This document shows positions 10,720-20,000 of a stretch of DNA of 20,000 nt, piece by piece. Where the stretch lies: assembly GCA_026025075.1 (NCBI GenBank), contig JAPEUI010000091.1, positions 45,736 to 65,735 on the forward strand, given 5' to 3'. The translations under genes were made by a program, and so were the position numbers. The notes under the pieces are model-generated. The model did not search any database. It was not told the origin of the DNA and saw nothing but the letters and a program-made list of their open reading frames with translations. How positions within the stretch are numbered: position 1 is the first letter of the stretch; every line of letters begins with the position of its first letter. The stretch comes from Vezdaea acicularis. Taxonomy: Eukaryota.

Positions 10720-13700
10720 ATGCCAAAATTTATACCTCGACAACGTAAGCATAAGGTTTTGCGAAGAGTCAAGAAAAATGGGAAGCAGCCAGGTGAAGCT
10801 GCGGGTGGCTCCAATGCCCTGGAAATTATGCCACTGCCGAAGGCGGAAAAAGAGCAACGGAGGCAAGCCCTGAAGGACGAGCTTAGGGCTCAGCTACCAA
10901 AAATATCGGACAAGAAGAAGAAGAGGCTGGATAAGTATATTGAGAGCAAGCTTAAGAAAGAGGAGAACCTCGGATTTATCAAAAAGCTAGCTGCAACAAA
11001 AGTCGATACAAGTCTTTTTCGAAGCTCGAAGACACTAGGTACAGTGAAGGAATCGAAGAAAGACCAATTATCAAGGGCGCTGAAAGAGACTCAAGCTGGT
11101 ATTGATGTTAAAGAGAATGAAATGCTTATATTTGAGGAACATCCAGAGGACGACGATAACTCGGACGGCAAAGATGAATCTAGGCCGGAAAATATAGTCC
11201 TGGATACTCCACTAGATCTTTCAACTAAGTCGGTTGCGAGTCAAACGCCAATTATAGGTCTTGGACTCAAGCGGCCACTCGAACAAGATGGGGAAGGTAA
11301 ACCGGTGCTGAAGAAGAAGAAGCAGACGCGGCGGCAACTAGAAGACTTACCTGTGGGTGAAGAGCCCAAGTGGGAAGGATTTGGTTCTGATACGGAACTG
11401 CGAAGTGATAAAAACGGAAGCTTGGAAGGATCTCGCTCAAGGGACGACTCTGTAGATATACCAAACTCCACTTCCTCAGATTCCGAGAATGATGCAGAGG
11501 ACGTAGAGCATGCAAAAGAAGCTGACCGAGCCCGTTCATCTACCTTCAAAGGATGGGCTACACAAAAACTTAACGAAGCGTTGGATTATACTCCTACTGG
11601 TGTATCTACGAGTGGAGCTACTAAGACTGATATGACGCAAAGTGTAGCATTTACACGAGAGGAATCTGAAGATCCCCTTCCCCTCGAACTGCAAGTCAAA
11701 AGTTCTGGAAATATTGAAAGACCGGCCTATAGCGTTGCTGTTACAAGGCCACTAGAGGTCCAAGAGGCTCGGCTTGGTCTGCCAGTTGTTGCAGAAGAAC
11801 AACAGATAATGGAAGCCATTTACAATAATTCTACGGTTATTATCTGGGGCGCTACGGGCAGTGGAAAAACTACACAGGTGCCGCAATTCTTGTTCGAGGC
11901 TGGTTTCGGTACTGCCGGGAGCCCAGCTCCAGGTTTGATAGGGATAACCCAACCTCGACGTGTAGCAGCCGTCAGCATGGCCAAGAGAGTAGGTGATGAG
12001 CTAGGAGAACATAGAGAGAAGGTTTCCTATCAGATTCGGTTCGAGGGAAATGTGAGTAGTAGAACGGCCATCAAGTTCATGACAGATGGCGTCCTGTTGC
12101 GAGAAATTGCCCAGGATATCACGTTGAAAAAGTATTCCGTGGTTATTATAGATGAGGCGCACGAAAGGAGCCTAAATACTGACATCCTTATTGGAATGAT
12201 GAGCAGAATCGTGAGGCTGAGGAAAGAATTAAGTATGGAAGATTCTACAACAGTCGTAAGTTTTGAAACGGGAAGATCATTTGCATGTTCACTAACAATA
12301 TATAGCCATTGAAGCTCGTGATAATGTCTGCAACTCTAAGGACATCGGATTTTACAAATAATCGAGTTCTCTTTTCCTTACCGCCTCCAATCATAAAAGC
12401 CGAAGGCCGACAATACCCGGTCTCCGTTCACTTTGCACGGAGAACTAATCGCGATTATCTTGACGAGATGTACCAAAAAATAAGCCGCGGGCACCGTAAA
12501 TTACCGCCAGGTGGCATGCTGGTATTCCTCACGGGACAGAATGAGATCACGAACCTATTAAAAAGACTTAATGGTTTGCACGTAAGTAAGGGTGGGGTTT
12601 ATCATCAAGAAGGACCCTCCGTGTCTATCTCTGGACGCGAAGGTGAGAACGTATTGACATTCTCTGTATTGGTCTAGACTAACACCCTTTACCTCAGCCC
12701 CTACAGAGTTAGAGGACCTCGAGCTAGGTGGATTTGATGGTATGGAGGAGAGAAATGATGGTTCCGACCCAGACCCTGATATTCAAGGATATGACAGTGA
12801 AGTCGATGAAGATGATGGCTTTGACATAGGCGATTCTATGGGGGCGACTGCTCCTATGCACATTCTGCCATTGTACTCTTTGCTCCCAACAAGGGATCAG
12901 CTGCGAGTATTCGAAGCCCCACCCCAGGGAACCAGACTTGTTGTTTTAGCTACTAATGTTGCTGAAACAAGTCTGACTATTCCTGGCATTAGTTATGTTT
13001 TCGACTGCGGGAGGGTCAAGGAGCGGCAGATTAACCGGGTTACTGGAGTCCAGAGCTTCGAGATTGGTTGGATTAGTAAGACCAGTGCTACCCAAAGGGC
13101 TGGGCGGGCTGGTCGTACTGGGCCCGGCCATTGCTATCGACTATACTCATCTGCTGTATTTGAGCGTGACTTTCAGGAATTTACGGAGCCAGAGATCCAG
13201 AGAACGCCAATTGAAGGAGTGGTTCTTCAGCTAAAAAGCATGAACCTTTCTAACGTCATGAATTTCCCATTCCCAACCCCACCTGACAGGGAAAGCCTAG
13301 CTCAGGCGGAAAGGCTACTTTCATACCTAGGAGCTCTAGATGGTGATCGCCGGATTACAAACCTTGGTGTTCGGATGTCAACTTTTCCGCTATCTCCTCG
13401 ATTCTCAAGGATGCTCTTGATTGGTCACCAGCATGATTGCATATCATATACCATTTCTCTTGTTGCCGCGCTTTCTGTCTCGCATATTTTCGTTCCTGAG
13501 CATCAGCTTGATCTCGCTGGCATTGCTCAAGAGTCGAAGGAGTTTGTCGGGAAAGACAAAGGAAGTGTAGAAGACGCGCGCATAACGTACCGCAAAGCTT
13601 ACGGCAGTGCACATTATCGATTTGCGCAGGCTTTGGACGCAAGATGTGATGCACTCAAGATGCTTTCAGCCGTGCTGGCATATTGTGAGAGCGGCGAGAC

Positions 13701-14403
13701 CGCCGCATTCTGCAAAGATAATTTTCTCCGATCCAAGGCTTTGCGCGAGGTCCAGCTTTTACGACGACAAGTCACAGATATTTTGACTGTCAATTCCGAG
13801 ACTATCATCAACATGTCTCCGTTCAAATCAAAACTCCCGCAGCCAGGAGCTATCCAAGTCAAGGCGCTGAAACAGATCCTAGCTGCAGGATTCATTGATC
13901 AGGTAGCAATACGCGCTGATGTCGCGCCTATACCACAGTTGGGCCTCCGAAATCCACAGCGAGCTATTGATGTCCCTTATATTACACTCTTTCCAAGCCA
14001 TCTCCATGAAGAAGACGGTGCGAAGGTTGTATACATCCATCCATCCTCAGTGTTGTCGTATGTTGGGGCGAAGGACATGCCGCAATATATTGTATACTCC
14101 TATCTTCAAAGACCTTCTAGCTCAAGCATCTCTGGTAAGGCGCCGCGAGTAAGGATGCATCCATTAACGCCGATAGGCGGAAAGCAGCTCACGGCATTGG
14201 CCCAAGGAACGCCTCTTTTGACATACAGCAAGCCGATCAAAGACGTCATGCCAAAGTTGGTTGAAGGTAAGGAGGACAGAAGACAGTGTTGGGTCATTCC
14301 CTACTTACAAGGACCACCTGGAATGATGGGGTGGCCTTTACCAGCAAAAAAGGTTGTTCAAAGAAAAGAAAGGGGTAAAGGCTGGGTAATCGATGGCGGG
14401 TGA
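10720..14403 (+). CDS. DHR1: DEAH-box RNA helicase Dhr1/Ecm16 (DHX37 ortholog, SSU processome), about 1192 aa
   Basis: Exons 10720-12255, 12306-12642, 12698-14403. N-terminus [12 protein letters not shown] and [10 protein letters not shown]; helicase motifs [70 protein letters not shown]. Confidence 0.95.
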
Positions 14404-15493
14404 TAACCACTTGTTTTTTATCGGACCCACGCCAACAAGCGCCTTGACTATTGGGGAGAATCTTGGCTTACGCAACAGAGAGTAATGAGGCTTCGGAGGT
14501 ATGATCAGATGGCACTTTAGAATGGAAGTATGACAAAGCGAGGCCCCAACCTAAGTTGCCCTAATAATAATGAAGACGCCTCGACCGATGGAAATTGAAT
14601 AGTCTACAGATGAGATTGGAAAGGCCAACTATGAGCGTAGCCTTCTTTGGTCACCATACTTCACCTGTCGCAAGGGGATGTCTTCCCGTATCAGTGACGG
14701 ATTAAGATGATGGGGGCCTTAAACGGGAGAGCTGCGACACAGATACTGCATCGACTCTTGAGAAGCTGTTGATAAAATAGCATATTCAACCACGGCACCA
14801 ATTGAGATCAATGATCTATGAGTTGATTAGAGTTACCTATCTATAATGAAACAGGTAGGCAGAATATGATGCAATGTTAATGTTGACAGTCCATCCTAGT
14901 CCGAATCGAGACCTGTTGATGTAGCCTACATGTGTGCCTTGCGCAAGTCGACAGCGTAGTCGAATAGCAGTGCGACGATTGAAATATATAGACGCAACGG
15001 ATCAAAGACACCGGCTGATCCGTTTGATCGGGATTGTTTCGTGAAGTTGTCCCTAAAACTCGGTTCCACGTTTCACGATCATGGCTTTGAGACAAACTCG
15101 CCAAGCCATGCCGTGTTCCAGAAAAGTTGCAAGGACTACAATGGACCCCCCGAACCCCACTCACCGACCTACCCAGCCGCTGCAGGGTTCCCAGGTTTAC
15201 TTTAGAGGATTTGGCCTTTTATTGGGTGTGTCAGTACGATACGTATCAAGCAGCCCACGCTTTTCCGAGGTATCAAGATACGAATGCACTCCTGCCGTAT
15301 TCGAACCTTGGTTCATTCTTCCACGTGGAGAAAACCATATAAATGATGATCATCCGACCATCAATGATTATATCTTGCTTGCTGTTGCATTTTGCTTTGT
15401 GCTCTTCAGTCTGTCCTTCTCTCACGCGCTTTGTCTATTTACGGTTTTTTCTTACTAGGCTGCCTTTCCCAAGGCCTTACCAAAATTACGAAC

Positions 15494-16223
15494 ATGCGTT
15501 TCACATACCTCTTATCGATCTCTCCTATCCTCTGTCTAGCGCTGGCCGCTCCCACCTCTTCTCCTGTCGCTACCATCGACCCCAAACCCACCCCTAGTAG
15601 TGTACAATATATCTACGACTTCACAGCCTTCATCCCGGCGCAGGACGCGTCAGGCCCTGAAGCTATTGGTAACATGTCTTTCTTTAGCGTCGACCCAGAC
15701 ACTCGCAACAGCGTAAACCATAGCAGCTGCACCATTCAGCTCTCGGCGTCAAACCTTTACTGGTACAACAGCCCAAGTACTGGAACTGCAAGTGCTCGTC
15801 GGAAGGCGGAAGAACCGCTGGTCGCGTTCTCGCCACCGGACGGGGGTGCGAGCTATGTCTGCGCAAGTGGTACTTTCGGCAACACATTTGCATTCTCTTT
15901 TGTCAGGAACGGGAACGGAACGAATGGGACTGAGAGCTATAGTATTAAGTTGATACATAAGTAAGTAATTCAGTATCTGCTGTCATGTGACATAGGCATT
16001 GCTAATACTCTGCAGCGTCAAGGATGATGGCCAGGTCTTTATCCGGTCTGGTAGCGTAGATTTGACGCCACTGCTCATGGGGCCTTTGGGAAGCTTCGGA
16101 TTGAGGGATAATTTGCTCTATCGACTGGGGAGTTCAGCGCTGACAGAGCTGGCATCAGGTATTACGATCACGCCAGGCTTGCCATCGCAACCTGCCGATC
16201 CTTATGTGGTGGAGAATGCTTGA
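15494..16223 (+). CDS. Small secreted protein of unknown function (224 aa), possibly Alt a 1-like fold
   Basis: aacATG at 15494 opens a signal peptide (MRFTYLLSISPILCLALA-APT). Exons 15494-15960 and 16016-16223 are joined by a canonical GTAAGT...GCTAAT...GCAG intron in frame. Two Cys in the mature part; N-glycosylation sequons NMS, NHS, NGT x2. Confidence 0.75.
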
Positions 16224-16992
16224 AATTGTGAGCAGCAATTCGTTTGTACCTTTAGTATAATTGCACTGTAAAGAAAAGAGAAATTTGCTTGTGCATTTTG
16301 CCGTTCGCGCATATTGAAGCGATTACCCCCAAGATTGAAACGGTCTCACAAGTACTGTCAAGGCTCCGGGGTGGAAATAATAGAACTATCGACACCAATA
16401 AGAAATGAGAAATTCTTCTAGCCTCGTTCTATATTAGCTCGAACGAGAAACAGTTTCATAGAGCCCATGGATGATCGATTAGATCCCGTTTAGATATTAG
16501 GTCATAAACACGAGGAATTCATGGGGCAATGGTAGAGCTGAGGTACGCTTATGGTAAATATGATTCTGCCCATCGAGTTTCTCTGCGCGATAGTTCTAGG
16601 ACCACACTCCAGGAATAAAAGAACGGCTCCAGGTTGAACTTAATGGTTTATTTTGCACGTCTGGGTTGGTGAAGATTTGAGTTTACCGCGAGCGAATTAG
16701 ACGTAAGCGGACTGGAGGCAAGCGAACGGAATGCTGTCATCTTCGACAAGGCTATGCTTGGTAGGTCAGCCAAACTACAATTGAGACTCGACCTGGACAA
16801 CAGCGCCGATTCACTGAACACTCCGTTATGTCGTTCATTATTCCCACAGACACTTCAGTGATTTAATTTCCTCTGAAGAGATAGATATAATCCGAGCTAA
16901 ATCTTGGCTTATAGCTAACCCTTCTGTCCAACCCCGCCCACTCTCACCTCACCTAGGCAGCAAATACAGTTGTTGTATCACCGGAGATCACT

Positions 16993-17765
16993 ATGGACGG
17001 TTTCCCGCTGGAAAGCTGGTTCTATGAACTCCCTCTTTGCACGCGCACCTGGACCCTACTCACACTTCTGACCAGTCTCGCCGTCCAATGCAAGTTCCTT
17101 ACGCCCTTCCAGCTCTTCTATTCGCCACGTGCCGTTTTCCACAAACACCAATACTGGCGACTAATTACTACCTTCCTATACTTCGGGCCACTCAGCCTCG
17201 ACCTCATTTTCCATGTCTTCTTCCTTCAGCGCTATTCGCGACTGCTTGAATCGTCGTCCGGGCGCTCCCCCGCAAGCTTCTCCTGGCTCTTGCTCTACGC
17301 GACATGTATGTTGCTACTAGTCAGCCCTATCATCAGCCAGCCGTTCTTGGGGAGCCCATTGAGCAACACCCTGGTTTATATTTGGTCGAGAAGGAATCCA
17401 GAGACGAGGCTGAGCTTTCTGGGATTGGTCACTTTTACTGCGCCATATCTACCGTGGGTGCTTATGGGATTTAGCCTCGTAGTGCACGGGACTTTGCCAA
17501 GGGATGAGATGCTGGGCATTGTAGTGGGCCATGGTGAGTCTCTTCTTCGACATCACAGTCTTGGCATAGCGGTAGAAGCTAACGAGATGCAGTATGGTAT
17601 TTCTTCAACGACGTCTACCCACCGCTACACAACGGCTCGCGCCCATTCGATCCTCCAATGTGGTGGCGGAGGATATGGGAAGGAGGGGAGGAGGAGGTTG
17701 TACAGACAGATGCGCCGCCAATAGATCGAGAATTGCAGGCTGGCGCCCCAGTTGATGTTCACTGA
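16993..17765 (+). CDS. DER1: Derlin (Der1-like ERAD membrane protein), 237 aa
   Basis: Exons 16993-17533 and 17593-17765. QYWRLITTFLYFG (WR motif), RYSRLLE, LVYIWSRRNP, FTAPYLPWVL, GIVVGHVWYFFNDVYP. Confidence 0.93.
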
Positions 17766-17900
17766 TAATATGGGTGTGGCGCAAAAGGGAAGGTCATTGC
17801 CGGAATATTTTGGCGTTTGGTTAATCGGCTTAACGCAAGTCATTGTGTTACCTGAGGATTGCATCTGGGCATCGTTGAGATAATTTTATTCCCACAGGCA

Positions 17901-18658
17901 CTACAAGACGCCTTTCGTACTCACAACCTCCCCTTCTCTGCCACTCACCCTTGTAGACGCTGTTCTCAGTGCCACCGCTAGTGCCTTGAATGCGCTCTCA
18001 GCTCTATGGTGGTCATTATCACCCCTGATGCAATCCACATGTAGCGTGATCCCAGCAGTTTGTGCAAAACTTTGTAGACAATGCGGCAACATTTCTGTGC
18101 TCAGATCACCAATCTTCTCTCGCTTCAATCCAAGGTCAATGACGGAGAAAGGCCGGTTAGAAATATCGACGACTGCGCGTGAGAGTGCTTCGTCCAACGG
18201 CGCATAAGCGGACCCGAACCTTGCAAGTCCAAGGGATGGAGTTATGCAAGCCTTGTACGCCGTACCAAGAGCGAGAAAGGTGTCTTCTGAAGTGTGGTGA
18301 TCGTCGACTGCGTGACATAGATCAGCAATCTCCCATGATCTTTGCGATGATCTACCGCCTTACTGTGCAAATCCCCCCGCGCTCTAACCTCTAAACTCCA
18401 CCCTGCATGTTTCGCAAGAGCATGCAGCATATGATCTAGAAAGCCAATTCCTGTGTCTATAATAATATGCTGGGTAGCAGAGGTTTGCGTAGCATGCTTC
18501 AAGGATTCAATGTCTCCGTTAGTCTTTGTAGTAGCTGTCTCCAAAGGCCGAGGGAGCTCTGCGATCGAGCCGCCATCAATGGAAAGGGAGAGAGCGATTT
18601 TTGTCTCGTTGGTCTCTCTTATGAGTGTGGTACTTCGTGCAAGGAGCGAAGAGGCCAT
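17901..18658 (-). CDS. HIS3: Imidazoleglycerol-phosphate dehydratase, 233 aa
   Basis: Exons 18658-18364 and 18307-17901. [67 protein letters not shown]. Confidence 0.97.
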
Positions 18659-18741
18659 GTTGAGCTTCTTAGAGCCTAACTAAGCAGATTGCCACAAGTG
18701 GGTTTCTTTGACCTGGCCCTGTCCTGGATAAATGTTGCCGC

Positions 18742-18764
18742 GGAAGCCGAACTGGAAGCCGAAC
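18742..18764. repeat. Tandem direct repeat GGAAGCCGAAC x2 in the HIS3/Rcf3-like divergent promoter
   Basis: ggaagccgaac-t-ggaagccgaac read directly from the sequence (12-nt period). Confidence 0.7.
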
Positions 18765-18886
18765 AATTTCCAGTCAAACATCGCAAAACGCTATGACCCG
18801 CTGCTATGACGTTCGCCTACAGATCTCCCCATCTTCGAACCACAACTTCTATGGAAGTCAATTTGTGACACGATTGGCTCGATGAG

Positions 18887-19320
18887 ATGCGTCCGCACGG
18901 TGGCCTGGACCGCAACGAGGATGCAAACGCAGCTGCACTTGAAGCGGCCAAGGGTGCGGGATATGGCGCTGTGCGAGTAAGGCCATATCTCCCAACATAT
19001 CATGACTCTTCCGCTCACCATTTACTCAGTGGGGTATACCATTCGCCGTCCTTGGAGTCGCAGGCTATTTTCTTTCACCAGTGTATCGGGGGCTTACGGT
19101 CCAATTTAAAGTCTTCCTGCAGATGTCCGGCATGACACTCGGAAGCATGATTGAGGCGGATAGGAGACTAAGGGATTACGAGAAGGGCGTTAGACTCAGA
19201 AAAAGTATGAGACAGGACGAAAGGGTTTGGAAAGCATGGGAGCAGAGTTTGGAGAACAGTGGGGTTTTGGATGAGAAAGCTAATCAATCAGAGAATATAA
19301 GTGGAGGATCGAAGACATAA
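18887..19320 (+). CDS. Small membrane protein, Rcf3 (respiratory supercomplex factor 3)-like, 126 aa
   Basis: Exons 18887-18976 and 19030-19320 give ...EAAKGAGYGAVRWGIPFAVLGVAGYFLSPVYRGLTVQFKVFLQMSGMTLGSMIEADRRLRDYE..., with two hydrophobic segments. The family call is from recall of the YRGLTxQFKVFLQ motif. Confidence 0.7.
19002..19010. promoter_or_regulatory. Candidate Gcn4/CpcA (cross-pathway control) site ATGACTCTT
   Basis: Contains the TGACTC core, 344 bp upstream of the HIS3 ATG, inside the intron (18977-19029) of the divergent Rcf3-like gene. Confidence 0.5.
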
Positions 19321-19345
19321 CTAGAATTCATCTATGTTATGTGTA

Positions 19346-19877
19346 CATATGGCGAAAAGAAGTTTCGGAACGCTCGTTTCGCGACGCTTGAGTTGATGAC
19401 TTTAAATTGATATTGCGGCACAACCACGCATCGTGAGAACTTAGATAGAGAAATATGAGTTAATTAGATGTCCTCCCTCTGGTTCCTCTCGTTACCAGCG
19501 AGTATGCCCCCCCTTTGCCTTTATGCAAGCCTGGATGCGTGCCGGCATGCTCTCAACTAGCCCCTTGAGACACGAGCGATCCAGCTTGCACCATTCTTCC
19601 TGGATAATTCTTCGAAGGTCTGCAGCATTCTTGGCAACTTCCGGCCGCTTGTTGATGGCTCTCTTGAGCTGAAGCCATAAATTTTCGATAGGGTTGAGGT
19701 CAGGAGAGCAGGCCGGCCATTTTAGCATCGGCACTCTGTTTTTTGATAGCCAATTTTCGACGAGTTTTGATCTGTGGCAAGGAGCACCATCATGCATATA
19801 AAAGTATTTGTGACCTTCTTGAGTGAGTTTGCGCAATGCCGGCTGGATTTCTGCCTTCAATACATCTCTTATATATT
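19346..19877 (-). mobile_element. Tc1/mariner (Tc1, DD34E) DNA transposon, 3' part with a putative terminal inverted repeat
   Basis: Transposase C-terminus at 19492-19877. Candidate terminus TA|CATATGGCGAAAAGAAGTTTCGGAAC (TA at 19344-19345) resembles Tc1-type TIRs (CA...AAAAGT..GG). The other TIR lies outside the window. Confidence 0.8.
19492..19877 (-). pseudogene. Tc1-family transposase C-terminal fragment (DDE_3 domain), interrupted upstream
   Basis: YIRDVL...MHDGAPCH...WPACSPDLNPIENLW...SMPARIQACIKAKGGHT, with exactly 34 residues between D (HDG) and E (PIEN). The first ~39 residues of the annotated ORF do not look like transposase, and the first catalytic D region is absent. Confidence 0.85.
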
Positions 19878-20000
19878 TGTTGTGGGACAGCGGGATAGGG
19901 GCAGATGGGCTATAGGGGCAGGAGCAGGTACGCGATATACTGACAGACGCAGCCTTCTTATAGCGCCTGCCCATAGGGGCAGCGCTATAAGGCATGCGAC
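19878..20000. mobile_element. Putative LTR end or other element inserted into the Tc1 transposase
   Basis: Transposase similarity ends at a TGTTGTGGG junction (LTRs typically start TG/TGTT). The following sequence is GC-rich, with three ATAGGGGCAG copies and a hairpin. Confidence 0.5.

Noticed and set aside
606..14297. Many short antisense or alternate-frame ORFs in the track (e.g. 606-872, 2382-2708, 8691-9062, 11241-11549, 13355-13654)
   Set aside because: They are shadows of well-supported CDSs and have no recognisable motifs.
14996..15024. Inverted repeat AACGGATCA-N11-TGATCCGTT
   Set aside because: A 9-bp stem is plausible by chance in 20 kb, and there is no TSD or other element context.
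14877..15597. Intergenic ORFs 14877-15164, 15081-15458, 15127-15342 and 15343-15597
   Set aside because: They overlap one another, show no recognisable homology or splice structure, and lie in the likely promoter and 5' UTR of the secreted-protein gene.
16423..16447. Inverted repeat CTCGTTC...GAACGAG
   Set aside because: The 7-bp stem is at chance level.
16761..16960. Possible upstream intron extending the derlin N-terminus (GTAGGT...GCTAAC...GCAG)
   Set aside because: The intron (about 200 nt) and the branch-to-acceptor distance (about 40 nt) are atypical here, and ATG 16993 already gives a complete derlin.
1..20000. tRNA, snoRNA, rRNA, CRISPR or prokaryotic-type systems
   Set aside because: No cloverleaf or A/B-box pair, no C/D box pair with a terminal stem, and no repeat-spacer array seen. 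The DNA is intron-containing fungal sequence.

Overview
Compact, gene-dense genomic DNA from a filamentous ascomycete (Pezizomycotina-like). I traced 25 GT-AG introns of 46-71 nt by hand, most with CTRAY-type branch points. Gene order: 3' part of TFIIIC subunit TFC4 (+), Xaa-Pro aminopeptidase P (-, 9 exons, with a candidate mitochondrial N-terminal extension), an importin-13-like karyopherin (+), a FUN14-family protein (-), proteasome assembly chaperone PAC3 (-), DEAH helicase DHR1/ECM16 (+), an orphan secreted protein with an Alt a 1-like pattern (+), derlin DER1 (+), HIS3 (-) and an Rcf3-like membrane protein (+). At the right edge, a Tc1-type (DD34E) DNA transposon appears to be inserted about 25 bp after the Rcf3-like stop codon. 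Its transposase seems to be interrupted by a second element starting TGTTG (possible LTR). The window is mostly housekeeping genes and I found no clear new multi-gene system. The best leads are the nested mobile elements, a Gcn4/CpcA-type site for HIS3 inside the neighbouring gene's intron, probable dual translation starts of aminopeptidase P, the orphan secreted gene, and a high share of non-YAG 3' splice sites.
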